The translations under genes were made by a program, and so were the position numbers. This document shows positions 9,473-19,139 of a stretch of DNA of 64,000 nucleotides, in pieces. Each line of letters begins with the position of its first letter. The first letter of the stretch is position 1. Under the pieces are notes generated by a model. It saw only the letters and a program-made list of their open reading frames with translations. It had not been told where the DNA came from and ran no database searches. Where the stretch lies: sequence record PP496436.1, one strand, 5' to 3'.

Positions 9473-10155
9473 GGTTGACCATGAAATTTGTACCTAAAGC
9501 CATTGAACACCGCGACATCGATCCCACCGCACGAGAGTTGTGGGTTCTCAACACCACCAAGAAGCCAGCGTCGGGTGACGTGTTCTTCACCGTGCCACGT
9601 ATCCGAGGCAATGGCATGGATGACGTGCAGGTGATCAAGAGCTGGGCACCGCAGAACCTGTGTGACCAAGCGTCCGCCGGTCAGCTCATGGACTCCACCG
9701 AGTTCCGTAAGATGATGACCTACGGGAACATCATCGTCATCAGCCCGGAAGACGCACAGAAGATCATCAGCAAGCGCCCAAGCGAGTTTCAGGAAGAAGT
9801 CAAGCGCATCCTGAACCGTCGTCAGCGTCAGATCGATGTACAAGACGCAGGTGGCCGTGTAGCTGAACCTGCGTACAGCAGCGGCCACGATCACATCAAC
9901 GAACAAGCGGCCGACGACCTGGACATGAAAGTTCAGAGCCTGATGCAGCCGATGGAAGAAGGGGAAACAATCAGCGCCGAGGAAGAGACGCGACTGATCA
10001 ACACCCTGCGTACCATGGAAGACGATGATGAGCTGGGTCCGGTTGAGACCAAGTTCATTCAGAAAATCGCCAAGAAGGCGGGCAAGAAGAAACTCCTGCG
10101 CTACATCAACGAAGTCATTCGTCAGAGCGTTGACGACGAAGAAGACGATGACTGA
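9469..10155 (+). CDS. Hypothetical protein
   Basis: 228 aa with phage-like codon usage, followed by a terminator. Confidence 0.7.
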   Translation: MRLTMKFVPKAIEHRDIDPTARELWVLNTTKKPASGDVFFTVPRIRGNGMDDVQVIKSWAPQNLCDQASAGQLMDSTEFRKMMTYGNIIVISPEDAQKIISKRPSEFQEEVKRILNRRQRQIDVQDAGGRVAEPAYSSGHDHINEQAADDLDMKVQSLMQPMEEGETISAEEETRLINTLRTMEDDDELGPVETKFIQKIAKKAGKKKLLRYINEVIRQSVDDEEDDD

Positions 10156-10173
10156 TACGCAGCGGCAGTAAAC

Positions 10174-10204
10174 AAAAGCCCCGGCTCTTATGCTGGGGCT
10201 TTTT
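10174..10204. terminator. Bidirectional intrinsic terminator
   Basis: AAAAGCCCCGGC-TCTTAT-GCTGGGGCTTTTT between convergent genes. Confidence 0.85.
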
Positions 10205-10344
10205 CACCTCGGTACTCCGCGATTCCCGGTTAGGACACGACCGCACAGGATCGCGCAGGCGCAACGATGCCCCATGGACCGCCACACTGACCAATGGAAC
10301 CCCGGAAAACCCGGCCTGCAGCGGCTGGCGCGGATTCCGCCCAC

Positions 10345-10380
10345 AAAAAAGCCCCGTCCAATACCGGCACGGGGCTTTTT
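10345..10380. terminator. Bidirectional intrinsic terminator downstream of the tail tube gene
   Basis: AAAAAAGCCCCGT...ACGGGGCTTTTT. Confidence 0.85.
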
Positions 10381-10404
10381 CACCTCACTACGTTACCGGA
10401 TGCC

Positions 10405-10920
10405 TTACAGCGGCGATTCGGTGAACGTGTCGATAGAGAGGGTGAGCGAGGGTCGAACGATGTCAGAGTTCTCACCATCCAGCTGGCCGCCTGCAGGATC
10501 GTAATCCTCCAAGAAGCAACCTTTGATGATGTACACGTACACCGGGATATCCTGACGGTTCTTACGAACCAACTGGAAGATCGCCTTCACGTCAGCGTTA
10601 CGCGCTTGAACACCGTTCTGGATGTTGAAGCACTGTTGACGCCACTGAGCAAGCGCCTGGAGGAAGCGATAATCCGCAGTCTCCGCAGCGATCATGTTCA
10701 GGTTGGGGGTAGCCGCCATGATGCCTGGCTGGCGGATACGAATACCGCGAATCCAGACATCGGTGGTTTGCCCTGCGTCGGTCTTGGGAACGTCGGTAGC
10801 CAGCAGCCGAATGTTCAGGTCGGTAGGCATGTCAACACCTACCGGGGACTTGAGGCAAGTCAAGTCCCATTTGTGCATGGGGGCGAAGTCCCCCAACGCA
10901 TTGATCTGTTCATATTGCAT
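10405..10920 (-). CDS. Tail tube protein
   Basis: 171 aa directly downstream of the sheath. T4 gp19-like pattern (..ETADYRFLQALAQWRQQ..YIIKGCFLEDY..LTLSID). Confidence 0.8.
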   Translation of the reverse strand: MQYEQINALGDFAPMHKWDLTCLKSPVGVDMPTDLNIRLLATDVPKTDAGQTTDVWIRGIRIRQPGIMAATPNLNMIAAETADYRFLQALAQWRQQCFNIQNGVQARNADVKAIFQLVRKNRQDIPVYVYIIKGCFLEDYDPAGGQLDGENSDIVRPSLTLSIDTFTESPL

Positions 10921-10932
10921 GGTCAGCCCTCC

Positions 10933-13776
10933 TTACACACGGCCGAAAGCATCGTCGAAAGACATGCCGTAGCGGGTAACGACAGTCTTGAATCGGATGA
11001 ACTCAGCGTCGAGGGTTGGCTTAACGAACAGCCACACGTTGATCGTCTGATTCTCGATATCGTTGTCGCCGTTGTTGGACGTGTCGCAGACGGTGTAGTA
11101 ATCGTACACACCTTTCCGCGCTTTGATCCCGTCCATGTAATCGTCGATCAGGACCTTGATCTCGTTCCGCACTTCCGGCGTGTTCAGTTCGAACACGTAA
11201 TCTTCGAGTGCTTCCTTGATGGCAGGTTCGATCACGATCAGCAACAGCCGAACGTTCAGACTGCGAGTTGCGGATTGAGTTGGGGACAGAGTCCGTTGAC
11301 CCCAGACCACGATGCCTTTCCCTTTGGCGAACCAAATCGGGTTGACCTCGATGTCGTAGAGGAAGTCCATCTCCCCTTCGGTGAAGCGGATCAGCGTGTC
11401 GAGTACGTTAAGAACGCCACGACGGAAACCGGCTGGGGGATACCAGAGCTCGGAGTTCGCGCCAGTCTTGCTAATCACCGCGCCGACGAAACCATCTGGC
11501 GACACGAAGATGTCGCGGTTGTTGTACTTGTCAGTAACCTTGACGTGCGGTGCATACAGCGCAGCGTACGAAGTGTTCGCGTTCAGAACCGACTGGCGGT
11601 AGTTCGCGATCTGATTCAAGTAGTCCGAGGACGCCTCAGCAGCGTACGGGCAAGACAGGATAGCTACGCAGTCCATGCGCTGTTCTGCCAGTGCGATCAA
11701 TGCCTTGGCATACGCTGCCGTAGCGCGGCCACCATCCAGAAGGAGGGTGATTGGCAGACCTTGCAGTTTGCCCAGTGCCTTGATCATCTCGGAGTCGGTC
11801 ACCGCAGTGCCGTCATCGCCGCCGCCTACGTAGATACCGTAAGGAGCGGAGCCGTCGTCTTTGGTGATCAGGGAAGCATCACCTGCGTCCACGGTGAACG
11901 TGATGGTCACCTTGGCAGCGGCAGCAGTAACGGTGTCTACCGTCGCAACGCTGTCGTACGAAGCAGCACCCAGAAGGGCAGCAACCTCGGCAGCGGTATC
12001 CGCGCTGTACGGAATGGTAACCTTGACGCCAGCCAGCTCGACAACCTCGTCATTGCCGGAAGTGTTACCCGACAGAACGATGAAGGATTGTTGCTCTGCT
12101 ACTGCGTCCACGCCTGCCACGAAGCGGCGGACAATGGAGCAAGACGTGGTGCTGATCGACGAAGGGGCGGTCTTGACCGGCAGGTTCGCGTCGTGGGCAG
12201 TGGTCTTGTAGGTGACCAATACCTTGGCACCATCAGCGGCTACTGAGGCGAAGTCCGCTACAGTGCTGTAGTTGCTGTTCGCGATGGATGCAGCAACGTC
12301 TGCCAAGTTGGTGCTGGCAGCAGTAACCTGAGTGACGACACCGTTCAGAGTGAAGTCTTCGACCGCGCCCGAGTTGTTAGCGGCGTTGACGTTGAACGAC
12401 ACGATCTTGGGTTTCTCAGCCTGCGGTGCCACGTACGGCTGGGTTACAGCAGGTGCGCCGAAAGTGGTGGTATTGCCACCTGGGTTGGTCAGGCTGGTAG
12501 CCGCGTTCTCAGCAGCCACTTTGTACGTCACCTTGACCGTGGTGTTGTTGACCACAGACACGGACTGGATCAGCGTGTCAGCAGCATACGACGCCGAGGC
12601 AATCGCAGCAGCTACCGCAGCAGCAGTGGTCGCGGCCAGAGGCACGGTGACCGTGGTGCTACCCAGAGTGAACTGTTCGTCCGCACCCGAGCTGTTGCCC
12701 GAGTTGACCAAGAAGGTCCACGTCTTACCAACACCTTGAACCGCAGGGGCGTAAGCCTGAACCACGGTGAAGCCGCTGGTACGAACACTCTCTGGCTTGC
12801 CAACGGTGAACGTCGCTACCGAGGCCGCGCTCTCTTTCATGGTCAGGGTGACCACGGCGCCGGAAGCCTCGACACGATCCACTGCCGGAATGTTGTTCCA
12901 CTCTGGCGACGTAGCAATGACCGAAGCCAATGCAGACGTGGTAGTGGCATTCGCCGGGACGTCGATGTTGATGGTCTGGCCAGCGCCGGTGACCTTCAGC
13001 TTGAGCACTTGACCCGTGCTGTTACCAGATTGCACGGTGAACGACTGTTGTTGAACGGTCGCAGACTTGCTGGCAACGAAGTCGCGGGTTTGAGTCAGGT
13101 CGCCGAACGACACCGTGGTAACCTTGGTGTTTTTCGGGAACAGCTTCTCGTCCGCGATTGGGTTGGAGACCCAACGGATGTAAGCCGACGACTGCAGAGC
13201 GGTTTCGACGTACATCGATTGGCCCAAGCCGTTGACCGCGCCTTGCAAGCGGGACACCTCGAACGACTCGACCAGCGCGCCGTAGAAGTACACACGAATG
13301 CGGAACGGGTTGTACGAAGCAGTCTGCTTGGTGATACGGTCAATGATCACCGAGATGTTCGACGACCATACACCTGGGCTCGATGCGTAGATCAAACCAG
13401 CATCATCCGCAGTGAACGGATACGACTCTGGGTCGTCCAGGTCTTGGCTCGGAACGCGAACGTCCTGATCCGAAGTGGAGACCGGGATGATCAAGCCGCC
13501 AGCCAGCGTCTGTGAACCGGCGCGGATTACCCACAGCTTGTTGGAAGCCTGAAGGAATGTCGCGGCGGAATACATGGCCAGGTCGGCACCAATACGGATA
13601 CTGGAGTTCTCCGTATAACTTTGAATCAGATCCTGCTCGGAAGTCGTCAACTTCGCTTCTTCCTGCGACCCTCGCGGGGCACCTGGAAGTACGATTGCGC
13701 CGTAAACGCCCGGCGAACTCGCAACAGAAGTCGCGAGATTGATTTCCGAGAGGGTTACCTTTGCTGCACCACTCAT
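10933..13776 (-). CDS. Contractile tail sheath protein with large repeat insertion
   Basis: Sheath C-terminal signatures: SYAALYAPHVKV, WYPPAGFRRG, VNPI, VWGQRTL, LNVRLLL, FELNTPE. Confidence 0.92.
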   Translation of the reverse strand: MSGAAKVTLSEINLATSVASSPGVYGAIVLPGAPRGSQEEAKLTTSEQDLIQSYTENSSIRIGADLAMYSAATFLQASNKLWVIRAGSQTLAGGLIIPVSTSDQDVRVPSQDLDDPESYPFTADDAGLIYASSPGVWSSNISVIIDRITKQTASYNPFRIRVYFYGALVESFEVSRLQGAVNGLGQSMYVETALQSSAYIRWVSNPIADEKLFPKNTKVTTVSFGDLTQTRDFVASKSATVQQQSFTVQSGNSTGQVLKLKVTGAGQTINIDVPANATTTSALASVIATSPEWNNIPAVDRVEASGAVVTLTMKESAASVATFTVGKPESVRTSGFTVVQAYAPAVQGVGKTWTFLVNSGNSSGADEQFTLGSTTVTVPLAATTAAAVAAAIASASYAADTLIQSVSVVNNTTVKVTYKVAAENAATSLTNPGGNTTTFGAPAVTQPYVAPQAEKPKIVSFNVNAANNSGAVEDFTLNGVVTQVTAASTNLADVAASIANSNYSTVADFASVAADGAKVLVTYKTTAHDANLPVKTAPSSISTTSCSIVRRFVAGVDAVAEQQSFIVLSGNTSGNDEVVELAGVKVTIPYSADTAAEVAALLGAASYDSVATVDTVTAAAAKVTITFTVDAGDASLITKDDGSAPYGIYVGGGDDGTAVTDSEMIKALGKLQGLPITLLLDGGRATAAYAKALIALAEQRMDCVAILSCPYAAEASSDYLNQIANYRQSVLNANTSYAALYAPHVKVTDKYNNRDIFVSPDGFVGAVISKTGANSELWYPPAGFRRGVLNVLDTLIRFTEGEMDFLYDIEVNPIWFAKGKGIVVWGQRTLSPTQSATRSLNVRLLLIVIEPAIKEALEDYVFELNTPEVRNEIKVLIDDYMDGIKARKGVYDYYTVCDTSNNGDNDIENQTINVWLFVKPTLDAEFIRFKTVVTRYGMSFDDAFGRV
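11850..13060 (-). repeat. Four tandem ~95-100 aa modules inside the sheath (approximate bounds)
   Basis: Module starts FTVQSGNS / FLVNSGNS / FNVNAANN / FIVLSGNT, each followed by T-x-T-x-P/V...AAxVAAxIA...V-x-V...V-x-V/I-T. Confidence 0.75.
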
Positions 13777-13797
13777 AGTGATTCCCTCGATGGAGTG

Positions 13798-13986
13798 TTA
13801 AGCCTGAACTTGTTCAGTAACCTTGCCCGGCAACGGGTAGGTCAACTGATCACGATCCAGACGTTTCAGGACGCCGAGCGGCGGCAGGGTAACGGAATCT
13901 TTTCCCTCTGGACCATAGGCCAGCTGGATGGGGTGCTTCGCCGTCGAATACAGATTGACGTAAACTTTTTCTTGATCAGACATCAC
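13798..13986 (-). CDS. Small hypothetical virion-module protein
   Basis: 62 aa with GGAG RBS, between the sheath and the upstream tail gene. Confidence 0.6.
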   Translation of the reverse strand: MMSDQEKVYVNLYSTAKHPIQLAYGPEGKDSVTLPPLGVLKRLDRDQLTYPLPGKVTEQVQA

Positions 13987-14001
13987 ATCGTCTCCTAACC
14001 G

Positions 14002-14688
14002 TTATGGCGTCGGGGTCAGATCTATTTCCTTGCGGAACAGTACCTCGCCCTTACCGTTTTCACCTTCATCAAGCTGGGCAACGAAGATAATCTTCGAGCT
14101 GTTCTTGAGCTTCGTGTCGTACTTGCCCCCATCACTGGAGACATAACCGTGGACAGTGATGTCTACGTTGAACACGAACGCCGATACGTCCTGACCCGCC
14201 TTCGACTTGGGAGGCAATGTCAGGTCACCACCGACTTGAGACTCAATCGTGAACGGGATACCTCGGTACTCCAGCGTGAAATCCAGCAGGCTTAAATGCT
14301 GCATGAACTTCGCGTCACTGATGAACTTTAGCGCCTTCAGGTAATCGTCGGTAGCGAACTCCAGAACCATACCCATTGTAACCGGGATGATACTGATTGC
14401 GTACTCTCGATCCCCCTCGTTGATGGCAAAGCGATTAACAATCCCTCGCGCTGTCACATTGGGGCGGTGTCGATTGGAATCACCTACGGTGCCGTAAGTC
14501 AGATAAGCGAAAGGGAACGTGGGTGCCTTTTCCCTTTTCTGAACGAACACATCGTAAGCTTCTTCCCGCGTTCGAATCATGACGCTGCCTTTAGCTAGGT
14601 CCAGCCCTTCTTCGACACGACGGCATACACCCGCCAAGACGAACACCTCGATGGGCTTGATCCTTGTACTTGCTGAAGACTTAGCCAT
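14002..14688 (-). CDS. Putative tail terminator / tail completion protein
   Basis: 228 aa between capsid and sheath. Contains PTFPFAYLTYG and ends in FNVDITVHGY, which are typical strands of this fold. Confidence 0.45.
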   Translation of the reverse strand: MAKSSASTRIKPIEVFVLAGVCRRVEEGLDLAKGSVMIRTREEAYDVFVQKREKAPTFPFAYLTYGTVGDSNRHRPNVTARGIVNRFAINEGDREYAISIIPVTMGMVLEFATDDYLKALKFISDAKFMQHLSLLDFTLEYRGIPFTIESQVGGDLTLPPKSKAGQDVSAFVFNVDITVHGYVSSDGGKYDTKLKNSSKIIFVAQLDEGENGKGEVLFRKEIDLTPTP

Positions 14689-14700
14689 TTTCTACCTCGA

Positions 14701-14736
14701 AAAAAGGGTGGGTGGGCGGTAACACCCACCCACCCT
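14701..14736 (-). terminator. Intrinsic terminator after the major capsid gene
   Basis: AAAAAGGGTGGGTGGG-CGGTAA-CACCCACCCACCCT, a long perfect stem with an A5 (U tract on the minus strand). Confidence 0.85.
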
Positions 14737-14757
14737 ATATCACCTGACGTGCTGTGG

Positions 14758-15846
14758 TTACTGGCGGATAGCCTTGGTCACAGTGCGAGAGTTGATGATG
14801 GACATCGCGGTCAGCTGGCTCATGGTCCAACCACGACCTGGGAAGCGCTCGGTGGTCTCGTCGATAGGGCGAGCCTCGATGCCATCACGGTCGGAGTACA
14901 CACCATGGTTCTCTGGCGAGGAAACCACGTACATCTCGCCACGGCCCAGCACCTTGTGCTGCGAATGACGGAACTGGTCAGTGATCACTTCCAGGCCGTA
15001 CACGTTGCCGATGTTGCCGGTTTGAATCAGCTCTTCGGCGTACGAGGTGGCGTTGAAAGTGTTGACCCAGCTTTCTTCGCTGATGATGTCGGTCAGGATG
15101 TCCGACGAGATCAACCAGAATGCCGCTGGCAGTCCCCACTGGGTGATGTTACTCACCATGTTGGCCAGAGCGCGGGTGGTCACTTGACCGGCGAGGATGG
15201 TCTGCTCGTTGGCTACGCCGACCGACGCATCGGCCAGACGTTTCCACAGGCGGTCTTCCGCAACCATGAACGCTTCCAGCGTGGAGATGTACGTACGGTC
15301 GAGCAGAGTGGCCGGGCCGCGAGCCAGGTCTTTCTGTTCGATGTACGGACGCGCCTGGAGGTAAAACTCTTGCGGGTAGTACACGTTGTCGCGAACCAGG
15401 TGGGTCGCAACTTGGGCAGGACCAGTCGAGAGGACCGCGACGGACTGCTTCATGTCCACGGTGACTTTCGGCTCTTGGCCTTGTTCCAGTTCCATGCGTT
15501 GCAGCAGACGACGTGCGAAGCCGTCACGGTTGCCGGTCACTTGCATCTCGGCGGCGAACACTTCGCCCAGTGCAACCAGCTCTTCCTTGCTGGCGAATGC
15601 GGCTTCAACCATCTCGCGCTTGCGAGCGGCAGCAGCCGAAGCAGTTTCAACCTGCTTCTCGGTGGTCAGCTGGTGACCACTCTTGGCCGCAGCTGCGAGG
15701 GTCTGGAGCATGCCGAAAAGTTCTTTGTTCGAACTGGCGTTGAACTCGCCGTTCTGGCCAACCAGCTTACCGCCGCCTGCCATGGACAGTTCGGTGATGA
15801 TGCTCGGACGGCTGACGGACAGCCCTTTAAGTTGCAATGCTTTCAT
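14758..15846 (-). CDS. Major capsid protein (HK97-like)
   Basis: 362 aa with strongly biased codons. Order is scaffold-decoration-MCP-terminator. Contains EAFMVAEDRLW and GNIGNVYGLEVITD. Confidence 0.75.
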   Translation of the reverse strand: MKALQLKGLSVSRPSIITELSMAGGGKLVGQNGEFNASSNKELFGMLQTLAAAAKSGHQLTTEKQVETASAAAARKREMVEAAFASKEELVALGEVFAAEMQVTGNRDGFARRLLQRMELEQGQEPKVTVDMKQSVAVLSTGPAQVATHLVRDNVYYPQEFYLQARPYIEQKDLARGPATLLDRTYISTLEAFMVAEDRLWKRLADASVGVANEQTILAGQVTTRALANMVSNITQWGLPAAFWLISSDILTDIISEESWVNTFNATSYAEELIQTGNIGNVYGLEVITDQFRHSQHKVLGRGEMYVVSSPENHGVYSDRDGIEARPIDETTERFPGRGWTMSQLTAMSIINSRTVTKAIRQ

Positions 15847-15909
15847 GAGGTTTTAATCCTGTGCAGGAAAATCAGAAGACCTTGTCTGTATTGATAAGGC
15901 TAACTAGCC

Positions 15910-16617
15910 TTACAGCAGGACCAGTTTCAGGAACGGATAGCCTTCATCCGGGCCTTTCAGAACAGCGACGCCTTGCAGCACGGTGCCGTTGCCACCGCTG
16001 GTGAACAGGCCGTTCGCGCCGAGGGTGACCACGGTCTCAGGGGACCAGTCAACGTTGGTGTCGAATTCGGAAGTCGCCAGCTCGCCTTTGGTGATGGCGG
16101 TGGTAATACCGAGGAAAGCAGCGGCGGTACGACCGGCAGACTGTTCGCCTTGCAGCGAGGCAGCTTCTACGACGGTCGGGGTGTAGCGATAGCCAGCCTG
16201 AATCGCTTGGTCTTTCTGTGCAGCGTTCAGCGTGACGGTCTTGCCGTCCGACCCGAGGCTGAACTTGCCAGCGGTGGCAGCATCACCAGCGGCCAGCGTG
16301 GTCTTCTGACCGTTGGCGGCGGTAGCTACCAGACGCAGCGAACCGGCGTCGGCGACAGCCTTGTCCAGCACCAGAGTAGTGCTGTTACGGTTGGCTTCGA
16401 AACCTTGCAGCTTCGGCAGGAAGTCCGGGAACTGGGTCTGGTTGATGTTGATGCCGAAGAAGCGCTCACCGGCAACACCAGTGGAGGGCTTGACTGCCAA
16501 CTCACCGTCAGCGCCGGTAGTGATAACCAGAGCGCAACCTTCGTTGGTCAATTCGATCCCTTCCGCCACTTGGACAGGTTGGGATTCGCGCAGATGAACG
16601 ACGTCGAAACTGAGCAT
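15910..16617 (-). CDS. Putative head decoration / cement protein
   Basis: 235 aa, Gly/Ala/Thr-rich (VKPSTGVAGERFFGI), immediately upstream of the MCP. Confidence 0.55.
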   Translation of the reverse strand: MLSFDVVHLRESQPVQVAEGIELTNEGCALVITTGADGELAVKPSTGVAGERFFGININQTQFPDFLPKLQGFEANRNSTTLVLDKAVADAGSLRLVATAANGQKTTLAAGDAATAGKFSLGSDGKTVTLNAAQKDQAIQAGYRYTPTVVEAASLQGEQSAGRTAAAFLGITTAITKGELATSEFDTNVDWSPETVVTLGANGLFTSGGNGTVLQGVAVLKGPDEGYPFLKLVLL

Positions 16618-16678
16618 GGTACGTTCCTCAAAGGAAGGATAGATAAAAACGGATGACTGTCTCGGGTTGACTCAACCC

Positions 16679-18208
16679 TTAACTGATGCGGAACAGTCCG
16701 CCTTGAGCGAGTTCACGCACACGCGAGTTGCCCTTCTGAACAGGTTCATTCAGGAAGGATGCGGTGCTTACCTGGCGCAACGGGGTCTCGAGTTGGGTTT
16801 CCAGCTGCGCAGTAGAAGCCTGACGGCCAGTGCTGCGAGTCGAGGAGCCTACCGGAGTAGTGGACGCGATGGTTTCCGCCAGATCATTCAGGCTGCTCGG
16901 ATCACGGGCTGCCAGTGTCTGAGCCAGCGCGAGGACGTTTTGGTTATGCTCGTCTTCGGTTTCGGCCAAAGCGCTCTCAACCATGGCTTGCGCGTTCTGT
17001 ACACCGGCGGTGGTCAGATCGGCAATCAGGCGTTCCTTCACTTTGTGTGGGGTGTTGCGGAAGAACCCACGGGTCATACCAGCTGTCGCCAGCTGAAGGC
17101 CATGCAGCAGTCGTTCGGTCTGATCGCCAACGGTGTCGGCGACTTCGGCGGCAGCGACAGCCTTAGCCTTTTCTTGCACGAATGCCATCGCCATCGCGGC
17201 AGGGGCCTTGAAGCTGTTACGCTGGAAGCCGTAGCTAGCCAGAGTTGCGTCCAAGCCGTCCTTGTTGAACGTCTGGGCGATTGCTTCCATGTAAGCTGGC
17301 TCGCCGAAGATATCGGCGTTGGCGGTTTCTGCGGTTTTGTGCAGGACAGCCACGGTCTGATCGTTGACGTTAGCCAAGATCTTGCCGTTCAGCGGGATGA
17401 ATTCAGCAGTCGCGTTTTCACTCAGGCCAACCGAGGACAGCGCTTCGAGAACGTCGATGTTCATATCTTCGGGCTCGTCACATTGGTCGGGGTTCTGCGT
17501 GGACTGGATGACTTCGGCTTCTTCAACCGGTTCGTCGTCCGACTCCTCTTCTTCCTCGTCGTCAGCTTCGGCGGACGCAACCACCGGCTTCTGCTTCGGC
17601 ATGATGATCATCGGATTGTCCTCGGCGGAAGCTTCTTCCTCCAAGTCCTCGTCAGATTCATTCGATTCGTCGTCTTCCAGTTCTTCGTCGTCGGCGCTGG
17701 TGTCGTCATCGCTTAGATCCGAATCGTCTTCCGACTCTTCTTCATCATCGGCGCTGGCTTCTTCGGCGGGTTGATCGCCGTCCCATGCCCAATCGGCGTT
17801 CGCATCTTCTTCGTCGGTGGCAGTGGTATCATCATCTGCACCAGCGAGAGTTACGTTGGGGTTCAGTACCATCCCCGTACCACATTCAACACAGCAGATC
17901 TCTACGTGGCCTTCTTTGTTCACTGGCATTTGCGCCAGCTCTTCATCGAACATCACGTTAGCCACGGTGCACTGACGGCACTGCGCGCTGGTAAGGCTAT
18001 CTTCTTCCGACTGGTTAAAGACGGAAGCAGTGATTGCCTCAGCACGCTGTTTCATGGCTGGACTGCCGCAGTGACCGCAGAACGGATCGCACCCCGCCAA
18101 CGCTACCGTTTCCTCTTTGCAGTGACCGCACTGGTATGAAGCCAGTACAGCCTGCTTGAGGCTACGCATGGTTGGGGCGTGAGAAGCGATCATGGTGAGC
18201 TTCGGCAT
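16679..18208 (-). CDS. Putative capsid scaffold-like protein with Cys-rich N-terminus and acidic linker
   Basis: Start re-assigned to ATG 18208 (GGAG RBS). Has several CxxC pairs, a D/E tract and a helical C-terminus. Confidence 0.5.
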   Translation of the reverse strand: MPKLTMIASHAPTMRSLKQAVLASYQCGHCKEETVALAGCDPFCGHCGSPAMKQRAEAITASVFNQSEEDSLTSAQCRQCTVANVMFDEELAQMPVNKEGHVEICCVECGTGMVLNPNVTLAGADDDTTATDEEDANADWAWDGDQPAEEASADDEEESEDDSDLSDDDTSADDEELEDDESNESDEDLEEEASAEDNPMIIMPKQKPVVASAEADDEEEEESDDEPVEEAEVIQSTQNPDQCDEPEDMNIDVLEALSSVGLSENATAEFIPLNGKILANVNDQTVAVLHKTAETANADIFGEPAYMEAIAQTFNKDGLDATLASYGFQRNSFKAPAAMAMAFVQEKAKAVAAAEVADTVGDQTERLLHGLQLATAGMTRGFFRNTPHKVKERLIADLTTAGVQNAQAMVESALAETEDEHNQNVLALAQTLAARDPSSLNDLAETIASTTPVGSSTRSTGRQASTAQLETQLETPLRQVSTASFLNEPVQKGNSRVRELAQGGLFRIS

Positions 18209-18535
18209 GCGAAGTGCTCCTCTTGCTGTCAATGGGCTGCTACACACTATAAGCATGAGCAGATCTTCGAGCAGGCCACCTCTACGGCCCCTGCTACGGT
18301 AAACTCGGATTCACCCCTCCACGCGTATATAACGTTTTGGGAACAATTCAAATTACATACGACCAGAGTGCCATGGTGTCCATACCTGCGTCAAAACGCC
18401 CGTTTGCCATCATGTCGGGATATGCCCAGCCATATGGGTGCTAAGTCATTGATTACCTTGACAATTTATTAGGGGGTATGTGGCCCCCTAATTCATGGAA
18501 ATTAAGGTATTTTGGCTATATCTGCGTCAAAGTGC

Positions 18536-18564
18536 TTGACAAACGCTGCCAGGCACCGTATACT
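18536..18564 (+). promoter_or_regulatory. Sigma70-type promoter
   Basis: TTGACA-17 nt-TATACT. Confidence 0.8.
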
Positions 18565-18627
18565 GCACGGGCGGGCTACTATTCCAGCCCGCTACGTCCA
18601 TGCCCACCGGGGCACCAAGGAACCAAC

Positions 18628-19104
18628 ATGAAGAGTATGATTCGCCGCAAAGATGGGTTTTACACGGAGTTGTTAGCCGGTGCAAAAGACCCTGTTGCCC
18701 TGTCCAAGACTGCATTCAACCGTGGACTGACCCGGATCGTTGCATCTATTACGAGCAGTGTTAAGCTGCGGTACGTAGTAGATTCCGAAACCGGTGATGC
18801 GGAATACCGGGTGAGAGTGAAGTTTCAGAAAAGCCAGTTGACCCGCAAGGGTACTCCGGCTATCAAGGTGGGACGGGTACTGGTTCCTGTTGATCTCGAT
18901 AGCATTGCAGTACATTGCACGTGTCAGGACTTTCGATTCACCTGGTACACCTATTTGAAGAACGCTGGGCACGCTGCCGGTTGGTTCAAGCAGGTGGAGT
19001 TGAAAGGTTCTGGCCGTACTCGGGAAGCTGACCACGCAGGTTGCTGCAAGCACATCGCCGGTGTACTGGCAATGGTTGAGCAGAACGTTATCGTCAAGCT
19101 GTGA
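18628..19104 (+). CDS. SWIM zinc-finger protein
   Basis: VHCTCQDF...CCKHIAGVL (CxC..CxH). Start re-assigned to ATG 18628 (AAGGA RBS), downstream of the promoter. Confidence 0.7.
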   Translation: MKSMIRRKDGFYTELLAGAKDPVALSKTAFNRGLTRIVASITSSVKLRYVVDSETGDAEYRVRVKFQKSQLTRKGTPAIKVGRVLVPVDLDSIAVHCTCQDFRFTWYTYLKNAGHAAGWFKQVELKGSGRTREADHAGCCKHIAGVLAMVEQNVIVKL

Positions 19105-19139
19105 CCCAGATGCAGTGAGTAGTACATGATAGAGAAAAT

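Noticed and set aside
10205-10344. tRNA between the twin terminators
   Set aside because: No cloverleaf, T-loop (TTCGA) or CCA pattern could be built on either strand.
10294-12246. 650-aa plus-strand ORF (and similar long antisense ORFs at 1931..3265, 16667..17716, 31715..33115, 39865..41895, 45222..46565)
   Set aside because: They lie antisense to well-supported genes and have no motifs or RBS. Long shadow ORFs are expected with GC-rich, strongly biased codon usage.
18458-18490. Second sigma70 promoter at TTGACA 18458
   Set aside because: No -10 hexamer at 16-18 nt spacing. A short hairpin (TAGGGGG/CCCCCTA) sits there instead, and its meaning is unclear.
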